This document shows positions 45,476 through 52,645 of a DNA stretch of 52,645 bases, one piece after another. The notes beneath the pieces are model-generated. The model did no database searches, was not told where the DNA came from, and was given only the letters and a program-made list of their open reading frames with translations. Position 1 is the stretch's first letter. The number at the start of each line of letters is the position of its first letter. Position numbers and translations under genes: made by a program. This DNA comes from a virus (Duplodnaviria; Caudoviricetes). Where the stretch lies: positions 1 to 52,645 of IMG/VR virus record IMGVR_UViG_3300048858_000048; one strand, given 5' to 3'.

Positions 45476-47472
45476 CGCTTGTTCCACTCTTTTGCCAGAT
45501 CGTCGAGGCTCTTTGCCTTCGGGGCAGGGGGAGGCTTGAGGGGCGGAGGGGCGCTCACGGCCCCGAGGGTCGAGAACAAACCATCCTCGAAATCAAGCTG
45601 CGCGTCCTGAGCTGGTGTCTCGCGGTCCGCCTCAAAGCGTTGCCAGATAGCATCTGGCAGGCCGCGCACCCCGAACTTGATTGCGGCGGCCTCCGCCTGG
45701 TTCATCGTGTCCAGACCTTCGTTCGCCTGGTTGGGATCTTTCTCCCACTTGTATTCGACGAAACCATCATTCCGTTTCTTCGGCACCCGCTTTTCCGCCG
45801 TCAGCTGGCGGTAATACTCATCATCCATGCCGCGCGGGAAACCGACATAGCCGCGTTCTAGCGGGTCGGTTTTGCCGACATTGCGATAGAGCGCCATCTT
45901 CAGGACCGAAGCGTTGAAGTTGTAGAATCGCTTCGAATACTTCAGCAGCTGGCCCGTCTTGTGATTTCGCTCTTTCTTTACCCGCTGCAGCAACGGAGCG
46001 TTCTCGCTCGATGCGCCGCGCACCATGATCAGTTTTCCGGCGGGATGCCGCCGAGCCCATTCCCAGACTTCCTCGGTATAGGCATTGCCGTCGATCGCGC
46101 TGAGATCCGGCGCAATGCGATGCCCGCAGGCATTCATCCAAGTCTGGTCGATCAGAGCGTCGAGGCGGGTCTGACAGGTCGCGTCCGATATGTGACCAGG
46201 TATGACACCATAGTCGACGACCCACCGGCGGAATTCGGTTCCCCACGCGACGAGTTGCCATTCTATGCGATCGTCCTGACAGTCGATGCCAAGCGTCAGA
46301 ATGAGGCCGCCTAGCGGGATCTTGCCACGGTCGCGGTCAGAATTTGCTCCGCGATCGCGAAGCGTCTCCCAAGGTGGAGACTCCCCAGCCGTCACATATG
46401 CCCGGCCGACCGTATCATTCAGGAACGTCTGCTCTGATGCCGGATCGCCCTTGGCGGCAAGCCATTCGCGCGCGATGCGCTCCCAGCTCTGCAGGGGAGA
46501 ATACGCGGACCAGATGTAGAAGGACCGATGAAACCGCTTCTGCGAAGGGTTGTGCGCCCGCCACTCCAGCCCGTCCAGCATCTGCTGGCGATGATATTGC
46601 TCGATCTCGCTCCCGCACTCGATGCAGGTGAAATGCGCCCTTTCCGGATGCTCCTCATCCAGGTTGGAGAGCATGTTCTCCCACTCAAGAACCTGGTAGT
46701 GCCCGCAACCCTCGTGAGGGCAGGGGACATAGGGGAACTCTTGGCTGCCGTCCTCAAAGTTCTTCGTGATCCGACAGCCGGGCATGACCAGCGGCGTCGA
46801 TATCTTGAAGATCTTGGCTTCCTCGACGCCACGGCTTCGGCTGTCCGCCTGCGACTCCGGATCGCCACCCTTGTTCGTTTCCCATTTCGACAGGTCGTCT
46901 TGAACCTGCCGCTTCATCGTGACCTGCGACAGAGACGCCGGCGAATTGGCGCCGGAGATCTGGATTGCGCCGCGACCGTCCAGCCGTTCCTTGTACAGGA
47001 GCGAGTCCGAGCCATCTCGGCTCTTATTGGAAACCACGCCACCCCGGTTCTTTCCGAGGAAGATGTTCGCCAGCGCCGTGGTGCTGCGGAGCATGGGAGC
47101 AAGCTTCATCTTGCTCCAGCGTTCGGCATTGTTCTCGGTTGGATGGACGTACAGAAAGAACGACGGGTCCATGTCCAGCGAGCCGCCGGTGAAGATATTG
47201 GCAACCACCGTGCCGCCGATCTGCGCCGACTTCATCAACGACACGATGCGGCAGAGATCTTCCGGCGAGAGCGCCCGCAGCAGCTCGTCGAAATAGCGGA
47301 ACAGGCGGCGATTGTACGGACCAGGATAGTCCGGGCTTTCCAACTCCGAGAAGACGATGTTGTCCTCTGCCCATCGCAGATAGTCGACGGCGGCCGGCGG
47401 CTCGATCACGTTGGCGACGACGTCGTAAGCGACCCGTTCAGCGTTCGCCGTGAAAACCGTCATCGACGTCAT
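45472..47472 (-). CDS. Terminase large subunit (lambda gpA family)
   Basis: MKSAQIGGT, GANSPASL, ISTP, VPCPH..C, LTLGIDCQ, NEGLD. Confidence 0.95.
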   Translation of the reverse strand: MTSMTVFTANAERVAYDVVANVIEPPAAVDYLRWAEDNIVFSELESPDYPGPYNRRLFRYFDELLRALSPEDLCRIVSLMKSAQIGGTVVANIFTGGSLDMDPSFFLYVHPTENNAERWSKMKLAPMLRSTTALANIFLGKNRGGVVSNKSRDGSDSLLYKERLDGRGAIQISGANSPASLSQVTMKRQVQDDLSKWETNKGGDPESQADSRSRGVEEAKIFKISTPLVMPGCRITKNFEDGSQEFPYVPCPHEGCGHYQVLEWENMLSNLDEEHPERAHFTCIECGSEIEQYHRQQMLDGLEWRAHNPSQKRFHRSFYIWSAYSPLQSWERIAREWLAAKGDPASEQTFLNDTVGRAYVTAGESPPWETLRDRGANSDRDRGKIPLGGLILTLGIDCQDDRIEWQLVAWGTEFRRWVVDYGVIPGHISDATCQTRLDALIDQTWMNACGHRIAPDLSAIDGNAYTEEVWEWARRHPAGKLIMVRGASSENAPLLQRVKKERNHKTGQLLKYSKRFYNFNASVLKMALYRNVGKTDPLERGYVGFPRGMDDEYYRQLTAEKRVPKKRNDGFVEYKWEKDPNQANEGLDTMNQAEAAAIKFGVRGLPDAIWQRFEADRETPAQDAQLDFEDGLFSTLGAVSAPPPLKPPPAPKAKSLDDLAKEWNKR

Positions 47473-48137
47473 AGACCGTCAGCCTCCGCATCCTCGGTTA
47501 CCAGCTCGCTTTCGAGAAACTCCGGCAGCTCGATCGCCTTCATCCGCATCTGGCGGGCCGCATTCTCGCGCACCTTCCGGAATTCCTGTCGAATGAGGTG
47601 CTTCACGTCCCGCTCTGGCAGCTTGAACGCCGCAGATATTGCGGTTGCCATGTCGGTGAGGCCGCCCTCGAAGATGTCGAGCATTGAGCTGGCAATCCGG
47701 CCCATGGCCTTCGTCGCCTCGCTGGTCTCCGTAAACCGGCCGCGCTCTTTCTCGTCCTCGATCGCGGCGTTGCGGTTCGCCCGCTCCGCCTGCTCTAGCT
47801 TCGCGAGCTTGAGCTTCATGTCGATGTTCGGCGCGGGCGGCGTGTCTGGCGGGTCCTTCGGGTAGCCGGCCGGCGGTGAACGATCGAAGGGGAACCCATG
47901 ATCGGCGGAGGCGGGCTCCGGATCTAACCTGGTGTCGAGCCCATTGCCGAGGCTCTGCGAAACATCCCGAGTAAGCCGCAGATCAGCTTTGGCTTTCTCG
48001 ACGAATATCCGAGCACTGCGACCATGGCCCTGCATCGCGGCGGCGCTGATCTTGCCTTCGGACAAGTATTGGCTGATGCGGCCGGGCGAGACGCCAATCA
48101 AAGCGGCGAACTCTCCTTTGGAGACGGCGGTGTCCAT
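47469..48137 (-). CDS. Terminase small subunit (Nu1-like)
   Basis: N-terminal wHTH SKGEFAALIGVSPGRISQY then coiled coil; overlaps terL. Confidence 0.85.
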   Translation of the reverse strand: MDTAVSKGEFAALIGVSPGRISQYLSEGKISAAAMQGHGRSARIFVEKAKADLRLTRDVSQSLGNGLDTRLDPEPASADHGFPFDRSPPAGYPKDPPDTPPAPNIDMKLKLAKLEQAERANRNAAIEDEKERGRFTETSEATKAMGRIASSMLDIFEGGLTDMATAISAAFKLPERDVKHLIRQEFRKVRENAARQMRMKAIELPEFLESELVTEDAEADGL

Positions 48138-48139
48138 TG

Positions 48140-48290
48140 TCTTTACCGCTTCTTTAGTTCTTTAGCCTGATCTTTAGTTCTTTAGGCTTTGAGTTTAGGG
48201 TCAGACTAGGCAGATTCAGCAGTCGCGCGGCCCCGTAGGGCTGTTTTTCCCTGATACGGTCCCTAAAGGGGGGGTGGGGGTAGGGGTGTG
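48140..48290. other. Putative cos/packaging region with TCTTTAG repeats
   Basis: TCTTTAGTTCTTTAG at 48151 and 48171, TCTTTAC at 48140, G-run at 48267-48288; non-coding, upstream of terS. Confidence 0.5.
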
Positions 48291-48337
48291 GCAGATGAGA
48301 TACATCGGCCCGCATCAGGTCAGGCAGCCCGGCCGCC

Positions 48338-48910
48338 TCACGGCATGAGCTTCGCAAGCGCCGCGTCAACACGGTCTCGCATCAAAGGTCCGGCGATGCG
48401 ATCGAAGGCAGCCTTCGTGGCGCCGGTCGTCATCTCTGCCGGGATGATCACGCCGGAACGGGCGAACGTGATACGGCTACCGGACCGGTTGAGGCGGTAG
48501 AAGGCGTGTCCGTCAAACTTCTGGACTTCCTTGCGGTTCGGGAAACGCCCGCCGCGCATGAAGGCGCCAGGGTAGAGCGTCGATTTCCCGAAGGGGCGAG
48601 CCACCACACCCGCCTCGGTCTCTTTCGCGTTGAGGTATTTCAGGCGGATGTTTCCGCCCCGCGTTACCATCTCATAGGTCAGCCGGCCCGGTCTTGCCCG
48701 CGACGGATCGCCGACCGCCTTCACTATCGTCTTGCGCGGCAGGCCCGTCTGTGCGGTTAGGTTGCGGATGACCTGAGTTTTCGCCCGGTCGCCGACCTGG
48801 TTGGTGATCCGAGGAAGCACGTTAGGGAAGCGCTCGTCCAAGATCTCGACGCGCTTCCGATACTGCTTCAGGACATCATCAGCCCATTTTACGCCAACGA
48901 TCCCCGCCAC
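48338..48910 (-). CDS. Phage tail/neck protein (lambda gpZ-like)
   Basis: Basic protein; NQVG.RAKT, YPGAF, GP..; first late gene. Confidence 0.6.
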   Translation of the reverse strand: MAGIVGVKWADDVLKQYRKRVEILDERFPNVLPRITNQVGDRAKTQVIRNLTAQTGLPRKTIVKAVGDPSRARPGRLTYEMVTRGGNIRLKYLNAKETEAGVVARPFGKSTLYPGAFMRGGRFPNRKEVQKFDGHAFYRLNRSGSRITFARSGVIIPAEMTTGATKAAFDRIAGPLMRDRVDAALAKLMP

Positions 48911-48933
48911 TGCATTCCCTCATGATGGGCACG

Positions 48934-48961
48934 AAAAAAGGCGACCCGACCGGATCGCCTT
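48934..48961 (-). terminator. Intrinsic terminator in the late leader (tR'-like)
   Basis: Minus strand AAGGCGATCCGGTCGGGTCGCC followed by TTTTTT. Confidence 0.8.
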
Positions 48962-49126
48962 GAAGTCATAGCTCACGCTCAGATCTTGAATCGAAGTCTC
49001 AGGTGAGACCGTCAAGACAGGGTTGCGGAGGCCTGTTCCCTTGACCTTGATGGAGGTCGGTTCTGCCAGCGTCTGGCGCTGACATCGGAGGGTGGCACAT
49101 CCACAGTGGCCGTTGACGAATGACTC

Positions 49127-49792
49127 TCATAGCTTTTCGAGAAAGGCAATGGGCATGTTGTCGACGACGACAAAATTACCCTCGACCGCTACGCGCACCT
49201 TGCCCCTCGGCTCCCGCTTCCATTTCACGCTCATCACGACGCACTCGAACCCGGAGAGCGGCCCGCTTACGACCCGGCATCGCGAGGCCTGCCCGATCGT
49301 CCTATCAACAGGCAAATCCGCGATAACGGGAGCGGAAATAGGCTGGAAAACAACGACATGGGCGTCCGGTATGATGTGGTAGCCATTCGCCCCGCCTACA
49401 AAACCGGCAATGTTCTTCTGTTTTCGGATCCCCGCGAATGCCTCTGCAGACGGTACAAGGCGCACCAGGAGATACCCCGGAAAGAACGCTCGAAAGCCCT
49501 CGACCTTCTTCCCGCGCCTGACTTTTTCGATGGTTTCACGCGGCGCTAGAACCTCAACGCCGCAATCGGTCAGAAGCTTTTCCACAGTGAAATCGTGGCC
49601 GTGAGCGACCTTCAGGCAGAACCATCGCGCATCTTTCGCGCGTGATTCGGCGATCTCGATCGAAGCCGCCCGCAGTTCGGCACGGGCGAGTTTCAAAACC
49701 CGCCCTTCGCGGACCTTCCGGCGCTGCTCGATCTCGGCAAGAGCAACCTCATCATTGTCGATACGAGCAGCTGCTCGCTTACCCCCTGTCAT
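49127..49792 (-). CDS. NusG/RfaH-family transcription antiterminator
   Basis: NGN domain (WFCLKV, FFPGYLLV) and KOW motif (RVVSGPLSGF). Confidence 0.88.
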   Translation of the reverse strand: MTGGKRAAARIDNDEVALAEIEQRRKVREGRVLKLARAELRAASIEIAESRAKDARWFCLKVAHGHDFTVEKLLTDCGVEVLAPRETIEKVRRGKKVEGFRAFFPGYLLVRLVPSAEAFAGIRKQKNIAGFVGGANGYHIIPDAHVVVFQPISAPVIADLPVDRTIGQASRCRVVSGPLSGFECVVMSVKWKREPRGKVRVAVEGNFVVVDNMPIAFLEKL

Positions 49793-51059
49793 GGAAAACC
49801 TCTTTCGCATGCTGTTCAAAAGCTGAAATTCCCCCCGGCCCCCCGGCAGGAAACCAGACAACCGGCATTGCGCCGGTATCGGGAAGCCACGGATACACCC
49901 AGTCGAAGTGCCACTGCCGCCAGTCTTCCCAGACCTCAGAGCCGACCGGAACCGGCTCGCAACAGGGCTTCATTGCGGCAAAGCGGGCATCGACCTGCGC
50001 CGGCCCCTTGCTTGCGTCCTGCAGGCGGTTGACCTCGGGAAAGCCCTCAAGGATATGGCGCCGCCGCAGTTCCTGTTCTTCAAAATCGTCCGGAAAGACC
50101 AGATTGCCGTCACTGGCGATGAGGATGCCCTTTGCGGCGGCATACCGCTGCGCACCGGCAAAGCTCGATTTCGAAAGAACTTCGAAGCTCTTCGTCACCG
50201 TGGCGCGGAGGCCGTCCGGCACGTCGACGCGAACCGGCCCGCCGAGCAATGCCATCATCCTGGCCGAGGCCCAGACAGGCCCGAATATCGGAGCCGTTAT
50301 CGTCCTACCAACCGGAGCGACATTCGCGGCCATCAGTGCCGCAACATCGAGGAATTTCTTCGCCCGCAGATAGATCCCGAGAGAGACCGGCTTTGGGCCG
50401 CACGCGGCAAGATAGTCATCCCGGCGTTGCTCCGCGAGCAACCTTTCGTCAGGCGTCAGGTTCGCGAACTGGGTGACCGCCCATCCTGTATCCTTGCTGA
50501 GTGACCCCGGCCAAGGATTGTTGTGGCGTCCGATTTCTAGAGCCTTGACGCGCTTTTCGAGCGACTTGGAATTTTCTTCCGCATCCTCTTCGTTGCGGTC
50601 CTCATCTTGCCGGGTCCCTCGCAGGGGTTTCCTTACAGGTTCTCTTACAAGATTCCTGTCCAGATTCTGGACTCGGCTTTCCCCGATTTCTGGACTCGGC
50701 TTTTGCCAATTTTTGGACTCGGCTTCCGCCGATCCGTGTCCAGTTTCTGGACTCGGCTTAATAGAAGAGAATTGCGCAAAATGCGGTTCGAAAGGAAAAT
50801 AATACCGGGTTCGCTCCTGCTTTCTGGAGCCGGGCTTTTTCCGCTGTTCTCGCGCGATAAGACCCATTTCTTCCAACTGTTTCAGATAGGTATTCAGCGC
50901 CGACCGGGAGACGTTGCACATGCCGGCAAGCCGCTCTTGGCTCGGAAACGCACCGCCGTAATCCGGGTTGTGGCAGTCAGCCAGGCGCAGGAGAACGATC
51001 ATCAGGTTGGGCGGAATGTCGCGCTGCTCGAAAGCCCAGTTCGTGGCCTTGTGGCTCAT
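49779..51059 (-). CDS. Phage replication initiator (wHTH, lambda O-like)
   Basis: A.NWA..VLLRLAD..FPSQERLA.MC..SRS.L..YLKQLEE.GLI; internal iterons. Confidence 0.8.
   Translation of the reverse strand: MSHKATNWAFEQRDIPPNLMIVLLRLADCHNPDYGGAFPSQERLAGMCNVSRSALNTYLKQLEEMGLIAREQRKKPGSRKQERTRYYFPFEPHFAQFSSIKPSPETGHGSAEAESKNWQKPSPEIGESRVQNLDRNLVREPVRKPLRGTRQDEDRNEEDAEENSKSLEKRVKALEIGRHNNPWPGSLSKDTGWAVTQFANLTPDERLLAEQRRDDYLAACGPKPVSLGIYLRAKKFLDVAALMAANVAPVGRTITAPIFGPVWASARMMALLGGPVRVDVPDGLRATVTKSFEVLSKSSFAGAQRYAAAKGILIASDGNLVFPDDFEEQELRRRHILEGFPEVNRLQDASKGPAQVDARFAAMKPCCEPVPVGSEVWEDWRQWHFDWVYPWLPDTGAMPVVWFPAGGPGGISAFEQHAKEVFHDRG
50658..50759. repeat. Four iterons, putative lytic replication origin
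   Basis: TT(C/T)TGGACTCGGCTT at 50665, 50688, 50711 and 50745, inside the initiator gene. Confidence 0.85.
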
Positions 51060-51361
51060 TGTGCACCGCCTTTCGAGGGCGCCGCGAAGGCAATCGCGCG
51101 CATCGTCGAGCGCGCCTTTTCCAGCATCGTGCGCAGACCCGGCGGAAGATCGCCATCAGCGCCACGCGTCGCATTGAGGATGGAAAACCGGACTTCGAGG
51201 AAGGTATCGCCGAGGTGGAAACCAGCAGCGACCAGGACGTCTTTGATCTTCAGCCGATCACGCATGATAATGCCGTCCGGCACCCGCAGCAGCCATTCCG
51301 CGCGCTCGGCATCCGTCAGGCAATCGGCCAGTATCTCAACAACGGGGAGCATCTGCATCAC
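51056..51361 (-). CDS. Hypothetical phage protein
   Basis: LPVVE.LADC.TDAERAEWLLRVP; overlap-coupled. Confidence 0.65.
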   Translation of the reverse strand: MMQMLPVVEILADCLTDAERAEWLLRVPDGIIMRDRLKIKDVLVAAGFHLGDTFLEVRFSILNATRGADGDLPPGLRTMLEKARSTMRAIAFAAPSKGGAQ

Positions 51362-51732
51362 AGTGCCCGCCTCTTGTGCAGAGCGGAGATCCGCCCGAGC
51401 TTCGCTCTCATTCTGCCCGCATGATCCTCGTCACCCAAGGCGAGGGCCATATCGAGCGCAATCCGCGTGGTGTGGACAACCGGTCCATAGCGATCGGTCT
51501 CGACAGCGCCGAAACGGACCGCCATTGCCCGCTTGTTCATCGCTATGTCGAAATGCACCCAGGAAGCGTTCCGATGCTTTCCGAAGCTCAGTTCAGGGTG
51601 CCCCTGAATCCACTTGCGCTGCACGCCGATACGGTCAGCCATGGCGAGCAGCTCCTCGTCGGAGTCCGCCCACATATGGCACATTCTCATGTTGCCGACC
51701 GGCGCCTTCATGTCGTCGACGTAAACCGTCAC
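51358..51732 (-). CDS. DUF4031 family protein
   Basis: MTVYVDD..MCHMWADS.EEL..A.RIG..WIQ..HFDI..RA.AV..GA. Confidence 0.85.
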   Translation of the reverse strand: MTVYVDDMKAPVGNMRMCHMWADSDEELLAMADRIGVQRKWIQGHPELSFGKHRNASWVHFDIAMNKRAMAVRFGAVETDRYGPVVHTTRIALDMALALGDEDHAGRMRAKLGRISALHKRRAL

Positions 51733-52286
51733 AGGTCACCTTTCTTCCAGAGGTAATATTCGGCGCGCAGGCCATAGAAGGCTTCACGCGCCGCGCCAGG
51801 ATCGTTCAGCTGGCTTTTGGATTGGATGTTGAGCAGGAACTTCAGCCGGGTATCGGCAGCGCGGGCATCGGCAACAGGTCCGCCCGCGCCCTTCCCTTCG
51901 AGGAACCGGCGAAACATCACCTGGTCGCAGAGCGACTTTGCAGAGAAAGCCGCGCTGTTCTGGTTCTTTTGCCGCGCCGGCGGTTCAACCTGCTCGGCTG
52001 GACGCGCCGGACCCTGTATCGCCATGATCCGGGCAGTGGCTCGGTCGATGAGCGTCAACAGGAAGCGGAGGGCATCGGCCGATCCGCAGAGCAAGTCCTT
52101 CTCTTCGGATGTCGCGCCACGATGGATAGTGGCGATGCAGTCGGCCTCGCCGCCCTTCCGGACGATAACGATATGCGTCTGGTCACCCTCCGGCTCCACC
52201 ATCCATGAATAGCCTTCGAGGATGTCTCGAAGAGCCTTCAGGCGAGCGAGGTGACGTTTTTCCGTTGTCCTGTCTTCTGAAATCAC
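51729..52286 (-). CDS. Hypothetical phage protein
   Basis: FRRFLE..L...LNIQSK..LN; overlap-coupled to the DUF4031 gene. Confidence 0.65.
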   Translation of the reverse strand: MISEDRTTEKRHLARLKALRDILEGYSWMVEPEGDQTHIVIVRKGGEADCIATIHRGATSEEKDLLCGSADALRFLLTLIDRATARIMAIQGPARPAEQVEPPARQKNQNSAAFSAKSLCDQVMFRRFLEGKGAGGPVADARAADTRLKFLLNIQSKSQLNDPGAAREAFYGLRAEYYLWKKGDL

Positions 52287-52297
52287 GAGCGGAATTC

Positions 52298-52349
52298 CGG
52301 ATAAAAATATCCGAAACCGGTTGACATTCGGACAAAAATATCCGAAACT
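52298..52349 (+). promoter_or_regulatory. hicAB promoter with two palindromic operators
   Basis: CGGATAAAAATATCCG (52298-52313) and CGGACAAAAATATCCG (52329-52344) flank TTGACA (52321-52326). Confidence 0.75.
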
Positions 52350-52373
52350 CTATACATCGAAACGGAGACGGGA

Positions 52374-52571
52374 ATGGACAAAAGAGACCGCTTCATCGCT
52401 GAAATCAGAGAGGAAGCAAAAGCAGCCGGTCTTTCCTTCCGGCTTAGCAAGTCGAAAGGAAAAGGCGGCCACGCCACGATCTGGGTGGGAGACCACTTCA
52501 CTACCCTCCCCAGCCGGGAAATAGATCCTAAAACGGCCGGGAAGATTAGAAAGGCGCTGGGGCTCAAGTGA
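52374..52571 (+). CDS. hicA: HicA-family toxin
   Basis: 65 aa basic protein with GKGGH catalytic His motif, TTLP..EI, IRKALGL; upstream of hicB. Confidence 0.88.
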   Translation: MDKRDRFIAEIREEAKAAGLSFRLSKSKGKGGHATIWVGDHFTTLPSREIDPKTAGKIRKALGLK

Positions 52572-52645
52572 GCCCCAGCCATACCGTTTCCGACAGAATA
52601 GACCCTGCATTCATCCATGATTACATCAAAGGCACAACCATCATG
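52519..52645. repeat. Terminal direct repeat, right copy (identical to 1-127)
   Basis: Exact match to 1-127. Confidence 0.95.

Noticed and set aside
40031-47865. Long + strand ORFs (e.g. 40031-41686, 44399-45610, 46528-47865)
   Set aside because: Antisense shadows of GC-rich capsid, portal and terminase genes with no recognisable motifs
52519-52645. 127-bp terminal repeat as a biological DTR or attL/attR
   Set aside because: The length equals a typical assembler k-mer, it cuts through hicA/hicB, and the terminase is cos-type; best explained as a circularisation overlap

Overview
The window is a complete circular molecule of about 52.5 kb. The first 127 nt (1-127) are identical to the last 127 nt (52519-52645), which looks like an assembly overlap. 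It encodes a temperate phage of GC-rich Alphaproteobacteria, probably Rhizobiaceae (host is inferred). It has a lambda-like head and packaging module, a P2-like contractile tail, a SAR-endolysin/spanin lysis cassette and a CI/Cro switch with 16-bp operators. No integrase is recognisable. Where int/attP would normally sit there is a plasmid module (res site, serine resolvase, HTH Rep, ParA, ParB-like adaptor), and a HicAB toxin-antitoxin pair lies elsewhere, so this is most likely a phage-plasmid with two replicons. The most unusual observations are: (1) about seven copies of a 30-36 bp in-frame linker (peptide about 'P-[AS]-P-Q-P-N-V-x-G-L-T') split early genes 11550-14985 into cassette-like modules, two of which are intact antisense genes whose stop codons abut the linker; (2) an apparently perfect four-way-junction (cloverleaf) RNA antisense to the leader of a Dam-like methylase; (3) a LexA-box-preceded zinc-ribbon gene convergent with cI, a candidate SOS antirepressor; (4) GANTC (CcrM) clusters at both putative origins; (5) a NusG-paralogue antiterminator followed by a structured late leader. 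All product calls come from motif recognition by eye and synteny, not database searches.
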